DNA of 64,000 nucleotides from Octopus vulgaris (Eukaryota): contig OX597820.1 in assembly GCA_951406725.2 (NCBI GenBank), positions 91,140,001 through 91,204,000 of the forward strand, in the 5' to 3' direction. The notes beneath the pieces were generated by a model that was not told the DNA's origin, searched no databases, and worked only from the letters and a program-made list of their open reading frames with translations. This document shows positions 1 through 11,446 of the stretch, in pieces. Made by a program: the position numbers and the translations under genes. How positions within the stretch are numbered: the first letter of the stretch is position 1; each line of letters begins with the position of its first letter.

Positions 1-398
1 ATGTGTGTATGTGTGTGTGTGAGTCAGTCGTCACAAAAATGTACATATACTGACACACATATACTTCTCAGTCATCAGCCTAATGTACATTATGAATGCA
101 GACACACACATTCATATAGAAAATGTGACATTGTTGTAGTAGCGGTGGTGGTATAAAATGTTGTTTACGATAGTTGACTTAAAGAAAGATTATAATGTTA
201 AATTTTTGTAGTGCGGATATGTAAATGAAAATAAAGTTTATTAGGTAATCAAAAGATTACTGAAATTCTTAATACCCCATACGTCAAGATCAGCAACCAA
301 GTTTTCAAATTCATCAGGAACATGCACGCATGTACACACACACAAACTCAGTTTTACATATCAATATATATATCAACATATATATATATACACACGTG

Positions 399-440
<42 letters not shown>

Positions 441-444
441 CATA

Positions 445-663
445 CTTGAGGTGGTGCTGAAAAGTCCCTTGTTTTAAGGGTATCATAAAAGTCATAGTAG
501 GGGATCCAACGTTCTGAGTTCTTTTACAGGTCTTAGAAAAACTGAAGGACTACTGCTATAAGTGTGTTCATCTGAGAGGGGAATATGCTGAATAAAATCA
601 TAATTAACTGATCCTCCTCTATTTTCTTTCACACAAAGTCAGGAACTTTTCAGCACTTTCTCA
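445..663 (+). mobile_element. Mariner-derived non-autonomous element (MITE, ~220 bp)
   Basis: Terminal inverted repeats GAGGTGGTGCTGAAAAGTCC...GGAACTTTTCAGCACTTTCTC, flanked by TA. The interior encodes a mariner transposase C-terminal remnant (GLRKLKD.C.KCVHLRGEYAE*). Same family at 15687 and 20443. Confidence 0.8.
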
Positions 664-1441
664 TATATATATATATGACTGTATGTATGTGACATCAGAC
701 TTTTCCTCCTCCTAGTGAGATGTTTAAACAAAGACAAAAGCATCTACTGCTGCTAGTTGAGTTAGTTCTCTTTGTGCAAATGTATGTGTTGTTTGAGAGA
801 GAGAGAGACTAGCTATGTGGAAGACCTTTCCTCACATTAAAAAGCTTTAGACACAAAACTGCTTGATTATTAACATGTTTATTAATATTTCTATTATGTG
901 TTGCATAATATAACTGACTATAGCCAAGAGAGGTCACACACTCAAGGAAAAAATCCCATGATGGTATAAAGGCTTGTGTCAGCATGGGTGGAAAGCTCTC
1001 TAAACATCTGCTGTTCACAACCATCAGACCAGCAAATTTGTAATCACGCAGCCATTTATGCATAATTGGAACACCTCTAGTGATTATTATTAATATCATT
1101 ATTATTATTATTATTATTATTATCATCATCATCAATCATAACAATATTCACTTGATCTTTTGTGACCTAGTACAAAGTGTGCGAATGACATTCGGCCATT
1201 ACCATCATTTTATTCTGATAATGATTCCAATGAGGTCTTGAACCATTAACAGACTAATGGATTTAGGAATGCTATTGATTCAACTGAAACATACAGCATG
1301 AATAAAGAAATATGAAAAATGGAACTATGCATGCACATGTGTATGTATGTATGCATGAATGTAAGCATGTATATATCAATAAAGCTGAATGTGACTGGGA
1401 ATTCACCAAGGAAGGCTAATCAAGGATTTGTATATATACAA

Positions 1442-1477
<36 letters not shown>

Positions 1478-1793
1478 TGGTAAAAACGGTAAGATAACAA
1501 AAGAAAGAAAGAGACCTCAATATTATGTAAATAGAGGGAATTTATCTGTAAATAATATGTGGCAATTATTCAATAGCCAAGATAAAACTCGGATGCCGAG
1601 GTGGAAATCCACACCACCATCTCTTCGGTTATATGGCCATCAATCGCACTAGGTCACAAAAGATCAAGTGAATATTGTTATGATTGATGGCCAGATAACC
1701 GAAGAGATGGTGGTGTGGATTTCCACCTTGGCATCAGAAACTCAGAGTTTTATCTTGGCTATTGAATAATTATCACATATTATTTTACAGATA
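1478..1793. mobile_element. Penelope-like fold-back element with hammerhead motif, inserted in (TA)n
   Basis: Inverted arms 1543-1645 and 1682-1793, with (TA)n on both sides. The right arm contains a hammerhead-like core. Confidence 0.65.
1689..1759 (+). ncRNA. Type I hammerhead ribozyme motif, variant core CCGAAGA
   Basis: Stem I GCCAGATAA/TTATCTTGGC, core CCGAAGA (1699-1705), stem II GATG...CATC, GAAA (1737-1740), stem III ACTC-A-GAGT, cleavage triplet GTT. Confidence 0.6.
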
Positions 1794-2994
1794 TATATAT
1801 ATATATATAAATATATAACAGACAGAAGCCTGGTCATCTGCCAAGCCAGCCCCAGTCAAACCATACAACTCATGCCAGTATGGAAAGTAAATGTGAAATG
1901 ATAACGATGATGATGATGCTGATATATATATATATATATATATATAAAGCATATATAGTAAATATACAGGCTTCAAATTTTAGCACAATGCCAGCAAGTT
2001 TTGGGAAGGGTGATAGTTAATTACATCAACCCCAGTGTGCAACTGATACTTACTTTATTGTCCCCAAAAGGTAAGAATGGTAAAGTCTGCCTTGGTGGAA
2101 TTTTAACTCAGAACATAAAGACTGATGAAATGCTGCTAAGCATTTTGCCCAGAGTGCAAACAATTCTTCTACTACAACTACCTTATAGCATAGTAAAGAC
2201 ACCCTTCAATCATAAATTACCATGGTATTGCACTTACAAAGTTCCCCTCCGAGGACAAGTCTGGACAAGGTTGTTTATGAAAGTCCTGCAGTCACTCCTC
2301 AGGTCAAATTGCTAAGAAAAAGTTTTTAGTTTTAGGTTTTTTTAGGAATTTGACCTGAGGAGTGACTGCTTTTGGGAGTAAAATCATTTTTCTGCTCTAA
2401 TGAACTTGGATATGGTTTTCTTATATGATTTTATATAGTCCTAATTCGGCCATGAAACATGCATAGTCGATGTACAAGTATTTACTTTTATACAATATAT
2501 TATTGTATTAATTTTTATTGTTCAGTTTATACTTTATTTGATTTTAGATTAATATTTTTATGATGAATGTTTCTTTGTATGGTATTCGCTGTGATTTTAA
2601 AAGTATTTGCCCTTATATATTACATGATTGTAATAATCTTACTGTTCAATATCATATATTATTAAAATTTTAGATTAGTATTTTGTATGGTATATGTCTC
2701 ACAGAATAGCTTTGGACAGGTTCTTCATTGACTGAGTTGTGGAATGGTGATTCGTCTCTAAGTTAGTTATATATATATATGTATGTATATATATATGTAA
2801 ATGACTGCTAACTCCAAAAGCATTTTTATTCTCTCTCTGTTTATTTCCTCACATTCCTTTCTGTTAAAGTGTGTAGGCTCAAAATGTAAAAGATGTTTTC
2901 ATATTCCCAAGCATCAAACTAATACACCTGCTTGTTGTTTATACACCTGTCGTCGTCTTTTGTTTTCTCTGTAAATTTCAATTATATATATGTC

Positions 2995-3208
2995 TGTATT
3001 TGTGTGCCTCTGTTTGTCTCCCCGCCATGACTTGACAACCAATGCTGGTGTGTTAATGTCCTCATAACTTAGTGTTTCAGCAAAAGAGTCTGATAGCATA
3101 AGTACAAGGCTTACAAACAATAAGTCCTGGGGGTGATTTCTTCAACTAAAGGTGGTGCTCCAGCATGGCACAATCAAATGACTGCCATAAGTGAAATAAT
3201 AAAAGAAT
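2995..3208 (+). mobile_element. SINE family A, 3' half
   Basis: Matches the 3' half of family A (TTGACAACC..GCTGGTGTG..CAAAAGAG..ATAAGTAC..GGTGCTCCAGCATGG..CAAATGACTG). Confidence 0.75.
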
Positions 3209-3264
3209 ATATAAATATATATAAATATGTATATATATTTATATATCTATATGTATACATATGT

Positions 3265-3308
<44 letters not shown>

Positions 3309-3323
3309 GTATACATATGTATG

Positions 3324-3377
<54 letters not shown>

Positions 3378-3551
3378 TAAATACATAGATATATATAAGC
3401 AATGCATAGTATGCGTGTGCATATGTATGTATATGTATACATATCAATAGATAGATATTTAAATACATATATACATGTGTGATGTGTGTATGTGTGTGGA
3501 AATGTATATATATGTATGTCATATATATATACATACACACACATATATATA

Positions 3552-3582
<31 letters not shown>

Positions 3583-4289
3583 CACACACACACACAAGTG
3601 TGTGTGTGTGTAGTATTTGGATTGATAAATAGATTGATCGGTTCGTAATTCTCTGAAAACAGTTCTACATTGTGTTAGAAGTAAAGAAAACAATACAGAA
3701 AAAATAATCTTCTGTAAATTTAATGATATTGCCAAAATACAATTAATGAAAAAAAATCTGGATATAAAACCCAATTAGATTGTCCTAAATCATGTCATTC
3801 CTCTTCCACACATTATTGACCTTGCTGACTCTATGTGATTCATTTCTACAATTCTTTCTTATAGAGAATAATTCTCTGCTAACTTGGAGTTTTGGTTTGA
3901 TGTTATATTTTTCTGATTGCTTAACACACTATCCTGACTAAGATTAGATGTGATAAAATATATACTCGTCTCTTAATAGTGTATGTTTAGTTATCCAGGG
4001 CCTATTCTGTATAAGCAAATTATTTGTTCATATATAAAAAGCAATTTTAGTTTTTAGATATCTATTCTTGCATTTTTTTAAATAATATCCTTCATTTACT
4101 TGCATGCAATAAATAAGTATTAATCCACAGCTATTGTAAATATAGGAAGCACAGTGCTTGTGAAGAGAAAACAATCGGGTTATTAAACATGTGGTCATAA
4201 GTTCAATCCTTGCTGAAAGTATTTTGTTGAGATTATTAACGTAACACATAATGTATTTTGCCCTGAATGAATGAAAATTATTCTTCATA

Positions 4290-4668
4290 GGTACAGGTGT
4301 GGTTGTTTGGTTAGAAGCTTGCTTCCCAACCACATGGTTCTGGGTTGAGCCCCACTCCATGGCACATTGGGCAAATGTCTTCTACTATAGCCTATGGCTG
4401 ACCAGATCCTTGTGAATGGATCTGGTAGACGGAAACTGAAAGAAGCCTGTCACATATATTTATAAATGTATATCTGTGTTCCACTACTACTTGATAACTG
4501 GTGTTGATGTGCTTATGTCCCTATGAATTAACAGTTCAGTAAAAGCATCAAAGCTTTAACAGAAAACAAGTACTGGAGTCAAATCATGCGACTAAACTTC
4601 TTAAAGGTGGTGCCCCAGCATGGCCACACTCTAACCACTGAACCAGGTAAAATACAAAAGATAAAAGA
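4290..4668 (+). mobile_element. tRNA-derived SINE family A
   Basis: tRNA-like head (GTGGTTGTTTGGTTAGAAG..GGTTGAGCCC), body GGTAGACGGAAACTGAAAGAAGCC, tail GGTGCCCCAGCATGGCC. Many copies in the window. Confidence 0.8.
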
Positions 4669-4925
4669 TTTGCTCAGTTGTTGGATAGGTAAGGCAAATT
4701 TGTTGGATCACAGTATAATAATCCTTTACACTGAAGACACCACAAGGCTTGAAATTTTGGAGGAGAAAGCTAGTTTGGTACATCAGCTGTTACCTTATTT
4801 TATCAACACTGCATGGATGAAATGCAAAGTGAACCTCAACAAAATTTGAACTGAAGCCTCAAAAAGTACCACTAAGCATTTTGTTTGACATGCAAACTAT
4901 TCTGTCTGCTCAGATCACCATTTAA

Positions 4926-5130
4926 CCCTTTTGTTACCATATTCCTGTTAAGATGCTCTGTGTTTCTTTCAATTACTTTAAATATAACAAAGAATTTAGT
5001 AAAATAACTTAGTTATCATTCAGCTAGTGTTAGGAACATAAATTGTGACTAAGGTTTGGTGGAATATTTTAATTAAAAAGTGATGAAAACAAGACATTTG
5101 TACTCAGAGCCAGAGCTGGTAATGAAAGGG
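4926..5130 (+). mobile_element. piggyBac-like MITE
   Basis: TTAA target-site duplication (4922-4925, 5131-5134) and CCCTTT...AAAGGG termini. A diverged reverse-oriented relative lies at about 34432-34661. Confidence 0.75.
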
Positions 5131-5150
5131 TTAATAATGGCTGATATATA

Positions 5151-5378
5151 TAGGATGGGCTAGCAGAATTGTTAGCAAAATAGGACAAAATGCTTAGTGG
5201 CATTTCAGCTATCTTTACGTTCTGAGTTCCAATTCCACAGACGTTGACTTTGCCTTTCATCTTTTCGGAGTTGATAAAATAAGTACCAGTCGAGTGCAGG
5301 AATCAAGGAATAGACTTACCCATTCCCCGAAATTGCTGGCCTTGACTGGATTTGGTAGATTGAAACTGAAAGAAGCTT

Positions 5379-5453
<75 letters not shown>

Positions 5454-5630
5454 CTGTGTGTGTATCTTTGTGTCTGTTTTTGTCCCCCAACCAGTGGTTT
5501 GGCAAAAGCAACCGACAGCATAAGTATCAAGCTTTAAAAAATAAATATTGGGGGTCAATACCTTGAACTAAAAATTCTTCAAATTAGTGCTCCAGCATGG
5601 GCTCAATCTAGTGGCTGAATTAAGTAATAG
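5151..5630 (+). mobile_element. SINE B 5' part joined to SINE A 3' part (chimeric or nested)
   Basis: GGATGGGCTAGCAGAATTGTTAGC...GTTCTGAGTTCCAATTCC...CCTTTCATC (family B), followed by GGATTTGGTAGATTGAAACTGAAAGAAGC...GTGCTCCAGCATGG (family A). Confidence 0.65.
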
Positions 5631-6480
5631 ATACTAAGCCAAGTGGCAGTGGTAGGGAGGAAAGGGGGTAAATGACAAAGTAATTATTGATAGAGTTAAA
5701 CAAATGAGAAATTTGTTTTATTCAATTTTGTTCTAAGTTAATAATGTACAAAATTTTATCTTCAGACTGTGGAATAAATTTTATTCATTTAGAAAATTAG
5801 AATTCGCTTCTTCCTCTTATGTAAGCACCAAGTAAGCAGATAAAAAGTTAGATACAATTACTCTATGTGTGCCATATTTCCTGATATTGCCCATGGTGAC
5901 AAACATATTTTCAAAATTACCCATATGACAGGTAAACACCCTGGTATTTTTTTTTCAAAGTTACCCATCATTTGATACATAAAACTTGCTTTTGCAACCA
6001 TGTGGTCTTGGGTTCAGTCCTACTGCTTTGCATCTTGGGTAAGGCTCTTCTACTCTAGCCCTGGGTCAACCAATGTCTTCTGAATGAATTTGGTAGATGG
6101 AAATTGTGTGGAAGCCCATTGTGTATATGTATATGTATGTGTGTTTGTGTATGTCTATATATGTATGTGTGTGTTCTTATAGTTGTGTTGGTTCTTTATT
6201 TGTAATAAATGTGCGAGTTCCAGACCTATCTATTTGAGTTTAATACATCCCATTGTTATGAGACACCCTGTATGTGTGTACTTGTTCATTATTATTAGTG
6301 AATAAACCTAAAAGAATTTAGAATGTAGAAAGTTCAATTTAAATATCGTATATTTAACTCTGTACTTCATTCTTCCTGCTGTCTATACATATTTACACAC
6401 ACACACATACAAACATGCTTCCACACATGCACTTTACATATGTATACATGCATTCATACATACATACACACATACATACC

Positions 6481-6712
6481 TATTTCTTTACTACCCACAA
6501 GGGGTTAAACACAGAGGGGACAAACAAGAACAGACAAATGGATCAAGTTGATTACATCGACCCCAGTGCATAACTGGTACTTAATTTATCGACCCCGAAA
6601 GGATGAAAGGCAAAGTCGACCTCGGCGGAATTTGAAACTCAGAGCATAACGGCAGACGAAATATGGTTATGCATTTCGTCCGGCGTGCTAACGTTTCTGC
6701 TAGCTCTCCACC
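6481..6712 (-). mobile_element. tRNA-derived SINE family B (Meta-domain-like core)
   Basis: Closely similar to the copies at 44659 and 45108. Core GTCGACTTTGCCTTTCATCCTTTCGGGGTCGATAAATTAAGTACC; flanked by direct repeat TACATACATACCTAT. Confidence 0.85.
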
Positions 6713-8371
6713 TACATACATACCTATATTATCAACCATATGCGCTTAGCACATAGGCTGCTATTGGCATCATGGAGAATACTCATTCAAAATGCCATCT
6801 GAAAAAACACCTTAGAGTCACGGACAGGTGAGATCAATATTTCGCCATTTTTGTGGCTTGTCAGCATCATGTACCGAACAAGATCAGAGCTGAATCACTT
6901 CACCAATCTACAACTTTTATGCACATGGAATGCAAATGATGTGAGGGTATGCCCAGGCAATGCATACATAAGAATAAATTCACATATGAACTAAAAGCAA
7001 CAGTGTGTTTATTACACTACCGCTAATATAGATACATTTAAATTAAGCTTAATTAATCTCAGTCAAATAAAATGATGTTTATTTGTAAAAGGTGCTACTG
7101 TTTTGTACAAGAGATCAAAAATGTTATTTACATACACATTTAATAATTTTGACAAGGTACTGTTAAGAAGAAAAACAATATCATGAAGATTGTATCAAGA
7201 TGCTAAGTGTGTCTAGGAAAAGTCAGAGTGATAGAACCCATCTTGGAAGAGTTGTCATTGATGTTGTTGTTGTTGACGCTGTTAATTAACCCAAGGTTAA
7301 CCATGATTGAGCAGACTTTGATCTGAGACTCTGTAGCTGTCACCGCTCTGTCTTCTTTTCATTAATAGGTTATCTGATGTTTCATTATTCAATGCATCAT
7401 GAAAGGTGGTGAGCAAGCAGAATGATTAGCATACTAGAGTAAATGTTTAGTGGCATTTCTTCTAGCTTAATATTATAACTTCCAACTTTGCTGAGACTGA
7501 TTTCACCCCTCATCCTTATATGGTCTGCAAAATGAGTAACAGTTAAGCATTGTGCAATGATGTAATTTGCTTTTCCTCTCCTTCTAAATTTACTGGTCTT
7601 GAATCAGAAATAAAAGAAAAACACCCATTATCCAATGCATCACTCCTATGTAGGATATAAGTGCAATTTGGCTGCTATTGCTAGCAAAGGGATCAACAAC
7701 CTAAATATTTCACTGGCTTGTGTCAGGAAAGAAGATTTTGCACTGCAAGTTGACAAGCCAATTAACTGACCACTCACTGCTATGCCACTGTATCTAGTTA
7801 AAGCAGAAGTAACCGGGCCATTTCAGGGCTAAATATTTTAGCCACAAACAAAATGCAGCTGGTTACCCACTACATATTGATTGAGCTTGGTCTCCACACT
7901 GTCTCTAACAGTATGCATCTGTCCCTTGCTAGCAATTAATGGGAAAACTATCTAGTTGTAAAAACCAATTAAATTGTTCTAAATCATCCTATCTCTCTTC
8001 CACACATTATTTGATTGTGAAAGGTGATTCATTTCTCCTATAAAAAAGAATGTTCTGTTTCTTTGCAGTAATTGATAATTGATTGAGTCACAGACTCTAC
8101 TTAATTGCTTTGACTTCCTCTAATGTGTCTTAGGTAAGGGTCCTCCATTACTATGCTACACTAATACCCACATGTGGATGTCAACTCAGTACTGACAGCT
8201 AAACACTCCAACATTATTTAGTATTGTTGTTGCTAGATGAAGTATGAGTTGGGTTGTGCATATATCTATAACAATTGTCGTCATCATCATTGTCATCATC
8301 ACCATCATCATCATCATCATCAACAGCAGCCAATAGAGATGGTCTTGAGAAGAAAATTGAGCAAATGGTTC

Positions 8372-8410
<39 letters not shown>

Positions 8411-8583
8411 TATTAGAGACAAAACCACTATTTTGTAAAACAAACAAGGAAAAACTTAATCAATACATAAAATTTTAATAAATAGTCAATCCTAAATCTG
8501 ATTTTTTTCCCTGTAAATTTGGATTTATTCCCTAATATTTATTATTATATATATATATATATATATATATACATACATACATA

Positions 8584-9836
8584 CAGGGGTTGGACAAAAT
8601 AATGGATACACCTAGCATCATATCATCATAATTTTGAACTATTTTTAATATTTATAAAATCATCAAAAGCTTGTTTATTTTTTGATTTATTATTTGTGTT
8701 GCTTAATGTTTTGCTAAAATTGCTGTTTCTTTTCAAAAATCATCAGAAAAAATTAATTATGATTCATTAAAATGACAGATCTATCGGACTTTCAAAGAGG
8801 TCAAATTGTTGGTGCATGTATGACAGGTGCTAGTGTAATGAAAACAGCCAAAATATTTAGTCTATCAAGAAGTGCTGTCTGAAAAGAAATGACAGACTTT
8901 GGGAAAGGAGGGAATAACCTCCTCATTAAAACAAAACTCCAGAAGACAAACAAAACTTTCAGACAGGACCGTCGGACTCTTATGTAAATTGTTAGAAAGG
9001 ATCACAAGTGTACAGCTCCCAAGATTACTGCAGAGCTTAACGACCGTCTCGAGAACCCAGTTTCCACAAAAACTGTTTGCCAGGAGCTGCACAAAGCTGG
9101 ATTTCATAGAAGGCTGCAATCAGAAAACCACTAGTTTCAAAAACAAACGTTACAAAGCATGTAGAGTGGAGTAAAAACCAACAGAATCGGTTCCTAGAGC
9201 AGTGGAAGAATGTTATTTTCTTGGCCGAGTCATCCTTTGCCTTATTTACAATGACTGGCTGAGTATACATGTGGAGACAGCCAAAAGAAGCATTTGACCA
9301 ATTCTGCCTAACTGTTAAACATGGAGGAGGATCTGTAATGATCGGGGGTGGGGCTATGTCTTGGAAATCTGCCGGCCCAATGGTTTCCCTTCATGGCAGA
9401 ATTAGTAGTCAAGACTATTTAAGCATTTTATCTAATCAAATTCATCCTATGCTTGCAGAACTGTTTCCGGAGGGAAACGCAATATTTCAGAATGATAATG
9501 CACCAATTCACACAGCTAAAGTTGTTACTGAAATGGCACAAGGAACATTCTAGCGAATTTGAACATTTTATCTGGCTACCACAGCCCCCTGATCTCAATA
9601 TTATTGAACTTTTAGAAAAACAAGTAAGGAGTCAATATCCTCCACCATCATTATTACAGGAACTGGAGGCTGTTTTATATGAAGAATGGACAAAAATTCC
9701 TTTGGAAACAATTCAAACCATACAAGTTCATACCTCATAGAATTCAAGCTGTAATTACTACCAAAGACAGTCCTACCCCATATTAAAATAAATTTGTTGG
9801 AAATTTTAAGGTGTTTCCATTATTTCGTTCAACCCC

Positions 9837-9838
<2 letters not shown>
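8584..9838 (+). mobile_element. Full-length decayed Tc1-family DNA transposon
   Basis: About 30-bp TIRs CAGGGGTTGGACAAAATAATGGATACACCT / AGGTGTTTCCATTATTTCGTTCAACCCCTG, in TA-rich context, enclosing a transposase remnant. Confidence 0.92.
8772..9786 (+). pseudogene. Tc1 (DD34E-type) transposase pseudogene
   Basis: N-terminus MTDLSDFQRGQIVGA, then TVKHGGGSVM, FQNDNAPIHTAK and PDLNIIE motifs. Interrupted by stops and frameshifts; the first catalytic D appears mutated (VIFLAES). Confidence 0.9.
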
Positions 9839-9895
<57 letters not shown>

Positions 9896-9989
9896 ATAGA
9901 CAACCAAGCTACGATACAACCAGTATCTCAGGTCATTTAGAATATTTAGAGTAAGGTGAGTTAAAAAAAGGAGAAGTAGAAGTAATTAA

Positions 9990-10067
9990 TGTCTTATAGC
10001 TGTTTCTGGGATATCCCAGGTGATGGGTCAACATCTCAATATACTAGGTATTCCATCATCAGAAACA
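9990..10067 (-). ncRNA. Type I hammerhead ribozyme motif (mirror copy)
   Basis: Reverse complement reads TGTTT-CTGATGA-TGGAATACCTAG...CTGGGATATCCCA-GAAA-CAGCTATA-AGACA. Confidence 0.6.
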
Positions 10068-10138
10068 AGGTGTGAATGTAGGAAAGTTCCAGACAGAGAA
10101 TTCACAGTGTATAAAAGAGAATTCCTGCACACTCACCT

Positions 10139-10216
10139 TGTCTCTGATGACGGAATACCCAGTGTATGGGGATGCTGTCCCATCACCTGGGATATCCCAG
10201 AAACAGCTATAAGACA
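10139..10216 (+). ncRNA. Type I hammerhead ribozyme motif
   Basis: Stem I TGTCT/AGACA, CTGATGA (10144-10150), extended stem II, GAAA (10200-10203), palindromic stem III region CAGCT. The triplet is ATA here versus GTA in the 41467 relative. Confidence 0.65.
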
Positions 10217-10554
10217 TTAATTACTTCTACTTCTCCTTTTTTTAACTCACCTTACTCTAATTAGATATTCTAAATGATTTAAGATACTCCATCCTGCCTT
10301 GGTTTTGTTGTCTATTTTTCTTTAATATATGCCTAATTACTTGGAACCCTAATACAGAACCCTAGCTCCACCCTTAGCTGTGAATGTGGAATGTAACTGA
10401 TGATCAATTCTAGAACTTATGCAATGTACCTTTTTCATTTAGATCATCAGGGAACTAAACCCTTCATATTACACACACACATATAGAGACATGCACATAC
10501 ACACGCACACACACATGCATGCACACACACACACACACACGCACGCACACAGTG

Positions 10555-10850
10555 CTTCCAGACTTAGTTTCGGTGATTTGGGTTGGTTTTCTTCAGAACC
10601 ACATAGCAACAGACATCTCAATACTTTGTCGTCTCCATGAAGTTCTAAGTCCTAAGATCAGCCATCATTCCTTCATTTCATATTTTCCTTGGTCTCCGTC
10701 TTTCACAAACTCCAGCCACTTTAAAGGATCAGAGCTACTTTATACAGTTGTCTTCCAATAAGCATCATATGTCCATAACAGCACAATTTTCTTTCTTGCA
10801 CACTACATATGAATCCTCTTATGTCCAGTTTTTCTTTCAGCACATTTATA
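10555..10850 (-). mobile_element. RTE-clade LINE 3' fragment, decayed
   Basis: Reverse complement (CTGAAAGAAAAACTGGACATAAGAGG..GTGTGCAAGAAAGA..TATGGACAT) aligns by eye with the RTE fragment at about 18975-19140. Confidence 0.65.
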
Positions 10851-10959
10851 TTATATCATTGAATTAGATGAATAATTCATGAGTTAGTGAGTGGGTTCAT
10901 TACTTTGTAATGGTGATGTATGCTCTTTGTGTGTGCATTATGAATTGTCCATTTTCAAA

Positions 10960-11248
10960 ACAAAATTCTATACAATATTTACAATTGATGGATATTTGTC
11001 CTCATCTTGTTTGTCATCAACATGTTTCGGCTGATATACTCTCCAGCCGTCATCAGGTGTCATGGAGAAATTTTCTAAACTGGGTTCTCATTTCTAAGGT
11101 ATTTTTCGATGTTGTTATCATTATTCAGGTCACTGCCTGGAATCAAACTCGGAATCTTGGGGTTAGTAGCCTGCACTCTTAACCACTATGCCCTATCTGT
11201 CACTTGTAAATAATGTACATAATTCTTCATCTCTTAAATATAGAACTG
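10960..11248 (-). mobile_element. tRNA-headed element carrying a hammerhead motif and an inverted terminal copy
   Basis: Minus strand: tRNA-like head 11195-11128 (GGGCATAGTGGTTAAGAGTGCAGGCTACTAACCCC..GAGTTTGATTCCAGG), then hammerhead 11061-11013, then a tail shared with 47821-47910. Segment 11205-11248 is an inverted copy of the family's tail end. Confidence 0.6.
11013..11061 (-). ncRNA. Minimal type I hammerhead ribozyme motif
   Basis: GACAC-CTGATGA-C-GGCTG(GAGAGTATAT)CAGCC-GAAA-CATGTT. Stem I 3' strand is degraded here, but the sister copy at 47900-47904 reads GTGTC on the minus strand, a perfect complement. Confidence 0.6.
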
Positions 11249-11411
11249 CAAAATTCTATAGTTTTAGCTTACTGTGACTTGGTATATTTCTCCATAACAA
11301 ATTTCCTATGGTCCATGTTTTAATATCTGAAACAAAAGAGAAAATATAACTGTTAGCAAAATCGTTTTGAATTTCTTCAATAGTTATGCAACTTCTGGGC
11401 CATCTTGTTTG

Positions 11412-11446
<35 letters not shown>

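Larger units (their letters stand above)
9892..10410. mobile_element. Penelope-like fold-back element with two mirror-image hammerhead motifs
   Basis: About 190-bp inverted arms (9892-10085 / 10120-10320) next to (TA)n. Each arm carries CTGATGA...GAAACAGCT-ATA-AGAC. Confidence 0.7.

Noticed and set aside
3765-3860. Similarity to 7960-8040
   Set aside because: Short, diverged and unclassifiable old repeat with no informative structure.
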